Source of the DNA: Utricularia gibba
Lineage: Eukaryota > Plantae > Magnoliophyta
Assembly: GCA_002189035.1 (NCBI GenBank)
Contig: NEEC01000007.1
Location: forward strand, 2,728,001 to 2,792,000
DNA length: 64,000 bases
Direction of reading: 5' to 3'
How positions within the stretch are numbered: the stretch's first letter is position 1; every line of letters starts with the position of its first letter. The notes below the pieces were generated by a model. It saw only the letters and a list, made by a program, of their open reading frames with translations, was not told the origin of the DNA and did not search any database. The position numbers were made by a program, and so were the translations under genes. Shown here in pieces: positions 48,529 through 62,654 of this stretch.

Positions 48529-51500
48529 ATGGGAGGTGATAGAAAAAGCACCAAGATCTCATCTGATGACCCTAAAAACAGTTCAAAAAGAACTCGGCCA
48601 TCCATTGGGTAATCTTTAAAGATAGTGGCACGACTACCCCTTGGATAGTTTATTTCTTTTTGACATTTTCTTGGAGTGAGCAATATTTTCCCTGCTTGCG
48701 GCATACTGGCCGCACTTGTTTTTAACTGGCTGGGTTTTTTAGATGCGTTGTAATATTTAATTCACAATAACTTGAGGAAATATCCATGTAATACGATCTT
48801 TTTCTCCTTTTATGCGTATTCAGGAGGACAAGCGGCCCCACTAGGAAGTCCACAAAAGGAAAATGGACGCCTCAAGAGGTGGGAGTACTTCGATCATTTT
48901 TTGTAAATTTGTGTAGTTCATGTTATTATCATGAAGTGAACTTTGTTGTGAGATTTCCATATGACTGAATGTGATCATGATATTTTAATAGCAGGGATAA
49001 TGTGTTACTGCATTTTAGTAAGCATGATTTATGGGTATCTAGAAGATTGATCCGTGCATTACACGCTCCTTAAAAGGATGCAGTTGGATATTTTCTGAAG
49101 CTTGCGAAACAGGCTGTTTACCTTGTTTAATGGATCAGTCTGAGCAACCTTCGGGTGTGGCCGTTTTATAGCATTAGATCATTGCATCTAATGACCTGTT
49201 GCCTTATAGAGACAACTGGCGTAGATTTAGTGATTAAGAAGTCTTGTTGTTGCAGGACGAGGTATTGCGAATGGCTGTTCAACGGTTCCAAGGGAAGAAC
49301 TGGAAGAAGATAGGTAAAACATTATTTTCTCCTTACGTAACTGGAAAGGTTAAGCGTGCCTTTGAAGCCTAATAATGAATCTATTCACAACTAGCCTGAC
49401 GCCATTGACAACATCCCTTGGTGCTCCCCCTTTTACGAGATCTATATATAAAGTGCATATCAAGTGTTTAATAATTCATATCCATAAGTTATTAGTCATA
49501 TTCTAGGAGGAGACTCATCCATGTTTATTTGGAATTTTTATTGCTTCATTCTAGCGGAATGCATTAAGGATCGGACAGATGTGCAATGCTTGCATAGGTG
49601 GCAGAAGGTCCTTAATCCCGAGCTTGTTAAAGGTCCATGGTCCCAGGAGGTAAGGATTTTTTTTTTCTTAGATTGTCGTTGTTTTTTTCGTTATGTTATC
49701 AAAAAGCTTGCCTCACTTTGCTAATGTTGATAAGGAGGATGAAATCATAGTTGCCTTGGTCAAAAAGCATGGGGCAAAAAAGTGGTCTACCATTGCACAA
49801 CATCTTCCAGGGCGTATAGGGAAGCAGTGCCGTGAGAGGTAGGGTAATGAAGGCTCTAGATAAACTGTAACTGGCAGTTTTTAGTGTTTATATTCTGATG
49901 TTATTGATGATAGATTCATTAACACATTCCAATTAAATATTCCACCTTTTTGTCGTTATGGACTGTCTTTAATGGTGAGTGGTTATCAGGTGGCATAATC
50001 ACCTAAATCCCAATATCAATAAGGAAGCCTGGACTCAAGATGAGGAGTTGACGTTGATTCGTGCCCACCAACTCTATGGCAACAAATGGGCAGAGTTGTC
50101 TAAGTTCTTACCTGGGAGGTATTCCTCATTACATATAGCAAGGCCTAATAGATATGTTTCAGAAACATGCAATTTCTTCTTGCTGTTGCTCACTTTCTTT
50201 CATTCCATCTCTTCCCAGGAGTGACAATGCCATAAAAAATCACTGGAATAGTTCAGTAAAAAAGAAGCTGGAAATGTACATAGCATCAGGATTACTTTCT
50301 CAGTTTGAAGGCTTTCCTCTCGTGAGTCATCAAGACCAGTCACTTGCTTCCTCTCCATCAAAAGCACTGCAAAGTAGTGATGCCAATAGCTTTCATAAAA
50401 TGGAATTGGAGGAAACCTCCGAATGCAGTCAAATTTCAGGTTTTCTCGGTGCATCTCAATCTACAAGCTATGCAACCACGCATCCTGGAGAATGGAGATT
50501 GACTGAAGAGTCAAGTTCTATACAACAACATGATGGCTATTTTCCTGAATTTGAAGAACCCACATTTACCCTACTACCGGAAGAACAGAACGAAATGGAC
50601 AACAAGTTTTCTGAACATGATTTGTCCTTTTGTTTGGAAACTTTATCTGGGAAAGATTGGCAAGTGGGCCCAAGTAAGCTTCCAGATATGGCTTTACTTG
50701 ATCTCGTTCAAGAGCCACATGAATTACCCTTGCCAACTGACCCTGATAATCATGAAGTGATGATGTCCTTCCCCGTAGATACTTCAGCTGGTTTAAGTTC
50801 TTCTACATCCTTTGTTGGGATGCTTATGGGCGCTGACATACCAGCTTTGGTAGCTAACTCAGAATGCATGGTGGATTGCTCTCAGGCAAGCCATAATGGA
50901 GCTTGTCCCTATGAAAGTCATACTTCCGAGGTCGCAAATACATTGCTTAGCACTTCAGCCACTCAGATCAATGAGGTATATTCTTCTAAGTCATATGATG
51001 TCCCATCTGATTCTTCTGAAAGGTCACCTTCGCAGTCCTTTCCTACATGTCCTTCATCCTTGCTACCTCCTACACATGATGGCTTTATCTACTCAAAGGA
51101 GTCTGAATCCTCTCTCGTTGTAGAGGACTGCTATGAGAAAAATAATTCCCCCAGACAGGTCTCCCCTAATCAATTTGTTTTGGCGCCTTCAGAAGCCTCT
51201 CCGTGTTCCCCTTCCAAGAAAACAATAGAAAATAAAAGAAATGAGCAGGAAGCTGGAACTTTATGCTACGAGCCTCCTCGTTTCCCAAGCTTTGACATGC
51301 CATTCTTCAGTTGTGACCTTGTCCAATCTGGAAATGACTTGCAACAGGAGTTCAGTCCCTTTGGCATTCGCCAGTTGATGATGTCTTCTCTGGCGCCAAT
51401 AAAGTTATGGGATTCACCATCGAGGGATGATACCCCGGAAAAGGTTTTGAGAAGTGCTGCCAAGACCTTTTCCAGCACACCATCAATACTTAAGAAAAGG

Positions 51501-53015
51501 CATCGTGATTTTGTCTCTCCATTGTCAGAAAGGAGGACTGAAAAGAAGCTCGAAAGAACTTCAAGGCAAGAGGCGTTATCTAGTTTGTCTGGTGCATTTT
51601 CCAGGTTAGATGTGATGCTTGATGAATGTGTATGCAAGTCAGGGCCCCCGCTGCCGGTATCCCCCAAAAAAAGAAGCATGGAAGTGTCGTCTTCAGAAAA
51701 CAAAAATGTGGTTCCTACCTGCCCCCAGATAGAGAATGAGGGAAGCAGAAGCCTTGTCATCTCTGAATGTGAGATTTCCCCGAAAGAGGTCAAAAGAGTG
51801 AGTTACTTTCATTATTTTCATTGCTACGGTCAAAACCAACATGAATTTAATGAATTTTGAACATTCTGCTTTGCTTCAAATCATTATGCAGGAAAAAGAT
51901 TTAACTGGCGTTCTTATTGAACATGATGTAAATGACATCTTGATCTCCTCGCTTGATCAATTTGGAGGTAAGGGTGGTGGTGGAAAAAGCCCGAGTCCCA
52001 GTAAAACTGGCCATCAGTGTCGGCGGAAGCTTGGCTCTATTTCAAATCACGTTATTTTCTCGACCTCTGAGAATTCATGTTTGCCGGTGACCTCACCTCA
52101 TCATAGCGGAAAGAAGGAAGGTGCTAGCTTGCTCCTAGCTGCTTCTTTGCCGTCATCTAATTCTGGAGATACAGTTGAGACTACACGCAAAGGTGCAATC
52201 CCTGAATGCAGTGGCATGTAAGATGATTACAGTACATATTCACCCCATCCCTACTTTTTCTCTTTTTTTTATGCATATTTTCTTCTTCTGTGGTTACTCA
52301 CTCCACTAAACAGGTACATAGACACACCACTAAAGAGGATCATGGAATCTCCTTCTGCTTGGAAGTCCCCATGGTTTCTTAAAACATTCGTTCCCGGGCC
52401 TAGAGTTGATACAGAGTTAACACTTGAGGTCTGCTGAAAAATTCCACGTACAGATTCATCCTACTCACTTTTTCATTCTTGGCATAAAATGTATCCCTTT
52501 ATAGGACATGGGCTATTTTCTGCCTGGAGACCGCAGTTACGATGCCATTGGGTTGATGAAGCAATTAGGGGAACATACTGCTAGCACCTTCGCTGATGCC
52601 AAGGAAGTTTTGGGAGACGAGACTCCGGACACCATCATGAAAGCAAAACGCATCCCCTTTTCAAGTACAGAACGGAACAACACCGCAAACTCTGGTCCTG
52701 ACTCCCAGAAAGATCAGATAACTTCCCACCCACCTTCAAAGTTCACGGTATGCATGCATGCTCACTAGTTTCTCCCACCCAACTACGCCCCATCGATGAA
52801 CTTTACAGCTTTGCTGTTACAAAAATGATGCAGAGGATCCTATCCATGATTTGCATTAAGATTGTGGCGTTTGTTGTCCCTAAACCGTGCAGGTGGAGCG
52901 GCGGGCACTGGACTTCAGCCAATGGGGGTCACCTGAGAAGAAGCCCGTGAAATCAAATAGTGGTGGTGGAACTTCCTCGAGCCAGTGCTCGTATCTTTTG
53001 AAGGGATGCAGGTGA
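48529..53015 (+). CDS. MYB3R: R1R2R3-MYB transcription factor, activator (A) type
   Basis: RTSGPTRKSTKGKWT, RTDVQCLHRWQKVLNPELVKGPWS, GRIGKQCRERWHNHLNP, SDNAIKNHWNSSVKKK, LCYEPPRFPSFDMPFFSCDL, AAKTFSSTPSILKKRHR; C-terminal SYLLKGCR*. Confidence 0.95.
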
Positions 53016-53245
53016 AGTGAACGCCAGAAGCGAGATAAGTTCATCGTAATTATGTCTATTTATAATTAATTAATTGTCGTATGTGTGTATCCATCATAGA
53101 TGTCACACTATATGCACTGGCCTGCCAAGCAGCTTCTACCCCAATACGGGGTACAGCCAATTATTAGACACAATTTTTACAGATTTGGTTGCAATATGAG
53201 AATCCGAATTCCTTCTTGCCCATCATATGAGCTTCTTAACAGCCT

Positions 53246-53842
53246 CTATAACTTGGAGCCCTGTCTCAGTACTCCAGGATTGCTCCCATGATAAAAGCAG
53301 AAGATGTTAACTCTGGATGAAGCAATCAGAGTCCTCGTCTCATGATCCTCTTTCGTGATGCGCACATCCCACACCTGATGAACGAGTTGACAGGTTGTAG
53401 CCGCTAATTGTGTAAGGAAAACAGGCCAACTATTCTACTTACATGAATAGATTTGCCCATGCTGACTGGGGTGGCCTCTGCAACTATGTAGTCGCCTGCC
53501 TTGGCAGATTTGAGATGGTTGATGCTGAGCTGCGCTCCTGCTACTCGCCTGCCTCCCGTAGCAACGGAAGCTCCCATGCTGGCGATACCCTCGGCTATCA
53601 TGGCCGAAAGACCTCCATGAAGAACATGAAATGGCTGCTCAACGTGTCACAAATGAACTTGGTTTCATTAGCTCATAGACAGCACTGTGATCAGCATCAA
53701 GAAAGCTCACCTGACAGCACCTTGGAGTGATCAGGAGGTGCCCAGAGACTTTGGCAGCCGAGATTTCGTCAAATTCAAACCCATATCTAATCAGCAGAGG
53801 GTCCACTTGCCGAGAATCGAATTCCTTTGGTGGTTCACTCAT
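53246..53842 (-). CDS. DHNAT: 1,4-dihydroxy-2-naphthoyl-CoA thioesterase (hotdog fold), 3 exons, peroxisomal PTS1
   Basis: VDPLLIRYGFEFDEIS..CCQ|PFHVLHGGLSAMIAEGIASMGA..VAGAQLSINHLKSA..|VWDVRI..IASSRV; ends SKL*. Confidence 0.88.
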
Positions 53843-55483
53843 TGTTCTTCACCCTCTTCTTCAGATTCGCCTAAAACCAAATGAAGCAGGTTGGTATCCA
53901 CAGGGGCAAATCGGCAAGGAACACAAAGCTATGAACGAAGCAGCATGCTATTGATATTACCACTGAAACAAACTCGCAAGATAACACCAATCCGCCAAAA
54001 ATAAAAATCCATGAAAACCAGCATTGCAAATCAAAAACCAGTACCCGGATCAAGTTAGAGTGAAAACCTGTGTCGACGTATTTACATTGATTGAACAAGC
54101 GGAGCTGTTCTCATAGGAAATGAAGGATTCCGCGTCAGGAACAGAGGTCCCATATCCGATTGTTTGCCTAATCATGCCCCTTGACGATCCGATCTGGTGA
54201 ACATATATGGGCCTCTCTACCATAACTCCATCTTTTTTCTTTTTTGAATTTTCACCACACACGTCAAAAACCGCAACGGCTACCGGCTACGAACAAAATG
54301 GGCCTCTCTATCTTCATTTGGAGCCGCTCTGTTTTGGGCCTAGGCCCGTATCCTTTTCAAGAACACGCGATTAAGCAAATCCAATAAAGAAAACTAAATT
54401 CGAGAATACTATTTAAAAAATCATGATTTAATTATTTTAATTCATGAATAATTTAAACAAGAGTTAAATTAAATTTAAACCAATTTCAAATAGAAAAATG
54501 AATTACGATCCCATAATAGTTCAATCACAATTCGATTACAATTCAATTACGATTTAATGTTTTTTGTAAAGAAAGTATTAAAAATTCTTTAAAAAAATTC
54601 AATTATGATTTAAATCACAAAAAAATTATTCAAATATTAATCATTATATAAATGTTTTATGATTTTTATCATTTAAAACATAAAACAAGTACCATATGCC
54701 ATAATTTCCAGCTGCTCTTTTTGAGTGAACTTTTGACTTTTTTCAGGTAATCAGTGAACTTGAATTTAATCATTATTGAATTATATTATTTTTAATACAA
54801 CTCACCGACACCTTAACCATATAAAAAATTTTATAAATAATTCATCATTTAAAATAATGGGGGCGGCACTGTAGACCGTCACGCGAAGCTCTTGCCTTTC
54901 AATTAAATACATCCAAAATAGTTCAAGTCAAATAAGTGGGGTCCATTACGATTAAACAAAATCAAAATGAAATTAATTTACAGCTCATCATCCACCACCC
55001 CCATCCCGTTATGATGATTCATTTCACCATTTGGGGATGTCGAGGGTGAAAAAACAAAAGTATTTTTGTTCGGCAGTTTGTGTTTGTTCCTGATTCCTTT
55101 CAAATGGAACATCATTGAAGGGTAAAGTCGTCTTTTCCTTAAGATGCTCAATCATTCCTTTTTTTTCCACTAAACAATATTTTTCCATGAGAAAATTACA
55201 ATAAAAATATTTAAGGTTTCAATTAGTATAAAAAGTTTAATCTTTAAGTTTCAAAATTATAAAAAAACACTCCAAATTAACAAAATCATGCAATGAACAC
55301 TTAAATGGTTTATGGTGCCTTAAGTCGACTCTAATTTTAAATCTAAAAAAATTTCATATGAATTCTTCATGTTCACATCTGTATTCAACAAATTGAATGA
55401 TACTCATTTTAGTGTTATATTACGTCTCATATAATTTAAAATGATAATAGTTATATCACGTCTATATTTACGTTTTATATGAT

Positions 55484-56596
55484 TGATAAGTGATTTTATG
55501 TCGTTCCAAAACATGTTCTTCCACTACTCTTGAGTGTTGTTTTTACTTATCTTAGATTCCACTTTCTCATTATTCTCAATTAATTTTGCATCTTTCGCAT
55601 TACTTTGATCTTTTTAGAGAGAAAGTGTATTTTATGGATTTTTAGGGTACTTTTGGATCAATTTGAGAAGAAATCAAGATCTACCAAATTATAAACTTGA
55701 TGTACCACGAATCTCAGCCCAAGACTCGATCAAATGATGAAGATTCGATCCAAGTTTCGTGAATAAGATAGAGATATGAAAAAGATCTTCGAAGATTTGG
55801 ATAGAAGATCTTATCCAAACTAATCGAATAAGCCTAATATAAAGACTTGAATCTACTTTCCTATAAATAACTCACTCTCTCAATTATTAGAGACGTCTTT
55901 GACCACTTTTTCTTTGTATTTTTCCTATTTTCGTGTCTATTTTCATGTTAGAGTCAAATTTGCACATGTAGTCACTTGCGGCTAAGGATCTGCAGTGAAG
56001 TCTTGCTTGCGCAAGTCCTACGCGTGCGATTGTTTTACTATTTTTTTCGACATTTAAATTGAGGTTTAATTCTGTTTTTCGCAACGTTTTCTTTACCAAC
56101 GTGCTCTTTAGTATCACATAACCCGAAAGGAGTGTGAGAGAATCAAAAGTTGGCCTCAATCACCTAAGTAGAAGGGTTCAATCAAACATCGTTGGTAAGT
56201 CACATTCTGTCTAATTTGTCTGCGAGGTGTGAGGTGTAAGAGTTAGATTATGGTGTAGGGAAAACATGAGTTATCATAAGAGGTGAAATCGCTCTGATGG
56301 CGTGGTTGATTCTATAATCCCACAAAACAAGGAACGATGCTATAATGGTCATCGAGTAGCACTATTTTAGAATAATACTTTCAAGGTTTACATACATAAG
56401 TTTGAGCGAGTTTTAAGCAAGGTGAATCCTGAATCTAAATCCAATTTTCTTATTATTTTTAAAATCAAATATATTTTTTTGTTTTCGTTCTTTTTTCGGT
56501 ATTTGTTTGAAAATAAAATTCTAATAACAATTCCATATGAATACGATCTTATTTTATTACCTCGATAGTTTCTGTGCACTTGCAGAATTACCATCA
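55484..56596 (+). mobile_element. Solo LTR (Ty3/gypsy, Athila-like), 1113 bp
   Basis: Starts TGATAAGTG, ends TTACCATCA (TG..CA); 5-bp TSD ATGAT at 55479-55483 and 56597-56601; internal CTATAAATA near 55861; 3' end gtgcacttgcagaattaccatca resembles Athila-type LTR ends; no adjacent internal coding region. Confidence 0.85.
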
Positions 56597-57113
56597 ATGA
56601 TGCATTGTTATAACATTGTTAGGATTAAAATCAATTAATTTTGATGACATGAAAGTTTAAATATATAATTTTATAAATTTGAAGTAAAACTATTAAAAAA
56701 AAATAAGTTTATTGACATATGACATAATTTTGAAACTTATCATTTAAACTCTTTATATTAACTATAAATTGAATTTCTATCGGCAAACTATACCCTATTT
56801 TTCATGTACTAAAAATCATTACAAATATATAATTATTTTCTGATTATTATTTAAAATTAAATAATTTAAATCATGTTATTTTGATGAGGCTAGCGAATGT
56901 GCCATAATTGATTTTGAAGGTTCATCTGGATGGTGTTTACTGGTGTTGTATAATTCCAAATTCAGAATATAATTTTAATTCTTGTTGTCTCCCACTATGT
57001 ATGGAGAAATTTATTTGTATTTTTTCGAGTATTTTTGTTATTATATATAACACCCACCACCAACGCCCTTCACGTACAAAGAAGAGACGAATAAACAGCA
57101 CTACTCCGTGATC

Positions 57114-58008
57114 ATGGCGAAAATCGCTTTCGGATCCGCCGGAGAAGCACTCCATGTAGACTGCATACAGGCGCTGATTGTCGAGTTCATCTGCACTTTC
57201 CTCTTCGTCTTCGCCGGAGTCGGAGCCGCTATGGCGAGCGGTTGGCAACACTCTTAGGTCTATTTCGATGTACAGCTGAGCAAAGGAATGTCGTCATCTA
57301 TTCCCTTTTCTTTTCGCAGATAATTTGAGTGCGAATCCATTGGCTGGACTCTTCTTCGTGGCACTGGCGCACGCGTTGGTCGTGGCGGTGATGATTTCCG
57401 CGGGGCTTCGCATCTCTGGCGGCCACCTTAACCCTGCCGTGACGATAGGACTCTGCGTCGGCGGCCACATCACGGTGCTCAGATCGGTGTTGTACTGGAT
57501 CGATCAGTTGCTGGCTTCTGCCGCCGCCTCTGCGCTGCTTTATTATCTGACCGGCGGAGTGGTAAGATTCTTCTTCTGCTTCTTCGTCGTCTTCCTTTCG
57601 CGATGCATTGCCGTTAATCTGCTCCGTTGATAGGCGACCCCGATCCATTCGTTGGCCCAAGGAGTAGGCCCAATTCAGGGCGTGATCTTCGAGGTGGTCT
57701 TAACGTTTTCCCTTCTGTTCACGGTGTACGCCACCATCGTAGACCCAAAGAAGGGAAGTCTTGATGGGCTGGGCCCGTTGCTTACTGGGCTCGTTGTGGG
57801 GGCTAATATCATGGCCGGAGGCCCGTTTTCTGGGGCCTCCATGAACCCGGCCAGGTCATTCGGGCCGGCCCTTGTCAGTGGAAATTGGACCGACCATTGG
57901 GTTTATTGGGTGGGCCCTCTCATTGGGGGCGGCCTCGCTGGATTCATTTTCGAGAATTTCTTTATTCGCAGATCACACGTGGCGCTCCCTCATGAAGATG
58001 GCTTTTGA
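57114..58008 (+). CDS. TIP4;1: Tonoplast intrinsic protein (aquaporin), 3 exons (57114-57240, 57320-57561, 57634-58008)
   Basis: [69 protein letters not shown]; ends [13 protein letters not shown]. Confidence 0.95.
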
Positions 58009-58821
58009 ACGGGTCGATGTAACTTGCAACTCATCCCAGTGTTTTATGACCAATAAAGTAAATCGTTTCAATGTCAGTTGTAGCAGTGGACGCAGTTATT
58101 TTGTATAGGGAGTGTGGTTTTTTTTTTTTTTTTTTTTAAGTTTAAAAAAATCATATAAATGGAGAGAAAGTAATTAAATATAAGGATTCAATTAATATAA
58201 TATAAGGTTTTTTTTGGAAATATATAAGATTATGGGTTTTTTAATAGATAATTAAATCCATAATTTAATTTAAAATTACTTCTAGATAAATATAAACTTA
58301 TTACTGTGTTTATTAGAAAGAAGATAGAAGGTGTATTTTACGTTAATATATTCAACTACGTTGCGCAATTCCCTTCCATTCGTGGGAAACGAGTGCGTGC
58401 AAAATGCGTGATTTTTAATTTGCTGTTGTATTTGATAAATTAATTTTGTTTTGAATTGTAATTATATTAATTTATAGTGTATATTTTTTAAAATAATGCA
58501 TACTAAAAATCAGATTCTTAAAATCAACGAATCTCACACCCAAACATCTGGAATCTCGCACCTTGCACCCATTTTGGTGCGACCTAGATATTTAAATCAT
58601 TCTACTAAATATGTTTTAAATTCAAGGGAATAATGGGCCAAGGCCGGAGTCTCGTTAGTGGAGAATTGGGCCTATAGAGGGGATTGTGGCCCATTCGCAG
58701 TCAAAACGGCGGCGTATTGTTTGTCCTTCGCATCATGGTAGAATTCTGCCGAGTCAGATAGTGTTATGCGCGCGGGTTACGTGAGCTTGAGCCGCACCGA
58801 AGATATTTGAGGATTTGGATT

Positions 58822-60157
58822 ATGGGTTCCTTCACGAATCCTTCTCCCACCTCCAAGAATGTAAAGTGAAGAAGCAGAATGCGTTTTTATGTTTAACCTT
58901 TTGGATTTCATAAATCTATTGTTTTTTGTGCAGCAAAAAGAGGGAGGTGGGAGGTTGGGAGTGAGTTTCAGGCCAGAGAATTTCATCCCTGGTCTCATAA
59001 TCGGCTTTATTGTTGGGCTTTTTTTTGATTTATCGAAGGATAAGAAAAATTCTGGCGGAAGGATGATTATTCCGATGCAACCAATTTCTTTCTCTGGTAG
59101 CTCGGATGAAGAGCTCAAAATGGTACTTTTACCTGCTTTGGACATTCGTCTTCTCTTATTTTTGGATGTGGGGTTTTCAGATAATGCCGCTACTTGGAAC
59201 AGTGATGATGAGTAGTCATGTGGTAGAAGTTTTATTAGAAATGCTTCCAGCAACTGGATTATTACCGACTCGCCCTTATCATATTAGATTGCATTTGGTC
59301 TTCCACGGCCGTGGGTTTGAATCTAGTTTAGCAAGACCTGAATTCTGGACCATAACTTTGTTCTGAATTCTGGTCCCCAGGTCCTAGTTGTTAGGCAAGA
59401 CCTGAAGATGGGAGCAGGCAAGGTTGCTTCTCAATGTGCCCGTAAGTTGGTGATATGCTTGTCATGTTTTGTGTATTATACTGTTCTTCAATTGACTGCT
59501 GGGCTTGTGTATGTTTTCAATATTCTTATCTCGCTGTACAGATGCCGCAACTGGTATTTATTCCGAACTAATACAAAGGTTTGATCTTTTTCACTCCCTG
59601 CGTTGCTCAATCGTAGCAAAATCTACTGTTTCAAATATGAGCTGCATAATCTTAACTTGCAGTCACCGAGCTTTCCTTCTGAGACAATGGGAGCGGTGTG
59701 GGCAACCAAAGATTGTTGTTACATGCAAGAATCAGCAAGAAATGTAAGCAGGTGACCTTTCTCTATGCGTGTGAACCTTTTTACCTTGTCCAAAGGATAT
59801 ACCACTTCATGTAAGCAAATGTCATACAACGATTGGGAGTACTGTTAGGAGCAAGTTGAAGGATGCTGCTGAGAGCATCGGCCTCCCTACTTTTGTAGTT
59901 GCGGATGCAGGCCGAACACAGGTACCTTTCAGTATGAGTCCGAGAACTTACTGGGGTTCTGCGCCTTCATCTGCATCTTCTTTTCAGGTTACATCCGGAT
60001 CAAGGACTGTTCTTGCCATCGGACCAGGTTTGTTCAAATCCCAGTTTGTGTGTCCTCTGGTTAGCCTCTGTGTGCATTCCAGTTTTGAGTAGTGTATTCA
60101 TTCCCAGGAAGTAAGTCGGCTGTAGATTCAGTAACTGGAAAGCAGCGGTTGCTCTGA
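58822..60157 (+). CDS. PTH2: Peptidyl-tRNA hydrolase II, multi-exon
   Basis: FRPENFIPGLIIGFI, EELKM|VLVVRQDLKMGAGKVASQCAH, WERCGQPKIVVTC, VADAGRTQV, SRTVLAIGPG, VDSVTGKQRLL*. Confidence 0.93.
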
Positions 60158-62654
60158 AGTTATTCGAGGATAAATTGTGAGATTCTAGTTTCAAAATAGG
60201 CATTGGATGTCACTAGTTCCCACACTTCGGAGGTTTTGCAGAATTAGTCTCCATTGATTACTGCCTATGTTGAGTGTTAAAACGATTTGGGATAATTAAT
60301 TTCAAAATAATGACGTAATTGGTATCCAATATCTTGTAAATTAGTACAATTAGTTTTCAACAATTTTATAGACACTATTGATATACATAATTTGGTAAAA
60401 ATACTCATTCTTTAACACAATTGATATAATTAATTTTCATTTATTTACATATCTGATAAATTAAATTTCCAAAAATGTTTTATAAGTATATCATTTTTAT
60501 CATTATCATTTATATAACTTTTATATTTCAAATGGAATTTTCATTAAACATTCAATCATATTGTTAAAGTAAAAAATATCCCGTTACGCAAACAATATCC
60601 TACAAATATGTGACACCAAGTAACACCCATTAACCACATTATCTATTTTTTTAAGAAAAATGAAAAATATAGAAATTATAGTGGTAAGTGTAACATTTCA
60701 TTAATATTAAAATAATGATTAAATGTGCATATTAGAAGATTTTCTCACATGTATGGATCACAAAATGAAGATTACATGACTCATGAAAGCGAATCCAATC
60801 TTGTTTCAAAAGCAAAGGAAATTATGTTATTTGTTTAAATCGTAATATGATGCAAATAGGATTTTATAACAACATTTTGAAGTTTACAAAATATGGATTT
60901 ATATAAACTCCTTAATATTTTAAATAATTATTATACTAATTATCTGCTAATGATATTTTAATTTTATAGAAAAAAAAAATATAAAATTTGTTAAGAAATC
61001 TAAAAACTAAGTGGAAAATGATCGAGTATGTAATCAATAATGTCTTTTGCTTCAAATTTCTTAAAAATGATAATTATCGTTCGTGAATAAAATGCACAAA
61101 AGATAATGTTTCATCATATGAATAATTTGTAAATAACTCAAATAGAAGTATCGATAATCCTTGAATTTTAAAAAACGTTATAGCACATTCATCTCACTGT
61201 TCTTAGAATACCAAAAACAAACTTATTAATGCCTAATTAATTCATAAAACAATTACAATCAACAACTTGTCAAGTCACAAAATAAAAAAATCTCAAAATT
61301 GAAAGGTCATTGAAGAGGAACTAGATGTAAAAATCTTAACACATAAAGTGCAACATACAATAATGAGAGTAAAAGCCACTAAACTATTTATGAATGTTTA
61401 TTGGATGTTATTGAGTGAAATACCCGAATTTGAGTTTTGATTTTAATGAGTACCATTAAACATTCTCTTTATAAGTGTCATCGAGTGTTTTTTAGTGTAA
61501 GAGTATTTCAAAAATTGTACAAAAGTGTAAGTAATATATTGATGATGAGAAGTTTTTATAAGCAATACAATTTCATAAAGGATTAAAATACATTTTATTA
61601 AAAAAGTTTATTTTAATTATGCCATTTTTTCCAAAAAGGGTAAATTGTTTGGTCAAAAGTTCCATGTTAATAAAATTATAGGATCAAATATGTTAATAAA
61701 ATTATAGAATCAAATATGTTAATAGAATAAATTTTCATGATCCAAACTGAATTTACAATATAATAATTATAGCGATTTTCTTAATAAGTATATGAAAATT
61801 TCCAAAATGATTGATATATTAAAACTATGATGGTTACTTTGTTAAAAATACGAAAACAATGAGGTTGAGATTGTCAATTCTTCATTAAATTATATTTTCA
61901 AAACTATTTAATCTATCTAATTTTCTATTAAGATTTAAATCGCTAATAGATGAATTTTTCAAAATTGTTTAGATATGTAATTCTTCATATTATATTAATT
62001 TAACAAACGTATGATTAATATATAATATTGAACATAAAATAATATTTCATATTCTAATTATTACAAATTAGAAGAAATTGTATGTAACTTTAAAAAATCA
62101 TTTATATTCATTACACAGAATATATATAGATTTATAAGATAGAGAACAAAAAAAGTATAAATATATTATTTTACAATTTTAATTTGTAAAATACATATTT
62201 TTTATTTGAGTTGATAAAATACGAAAAAAATTATAAAATACATCAATTGATGTTTTTAATTTGTAAAATATATTCTTTTGCTTTTAGTTTGTATAATATA
62301 TAATTTTATATTTTTTTGTTTACAAAATACATTTTAACATATTAAGTTTATTAATAAATGTAATTAACAATCAAAAATATATGAACACTTTTACAAAAAT
62401 ATTTTTTATGAATGATATACCTTGTGGATTATTTGAACAGTACTATATGGTTGGTTGAATAAAAAATTCTTTCTATATTTTATTTTGATTAAACTATTAG
62501 AAATGTATGAACATAACATATGAATGACTAATTCAAATATACTTAGATGATTAAATATTAAATGATGTCTCAATTTCTCTTTGATTAAATTGACTTCTTC
62601 TTCATTTCCACACTTTCCAACTATATCCTATGTTTAGTTTACTCCAAGAATTTA

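Noticed and set aside
48453-48539. 28-aa ORF overlapping the MYB3R ATG
   Set aside because: Its ATG probably lies in a predicted 5' UTR intron (gtacgg ~48436 to ttcttaag ~48523)
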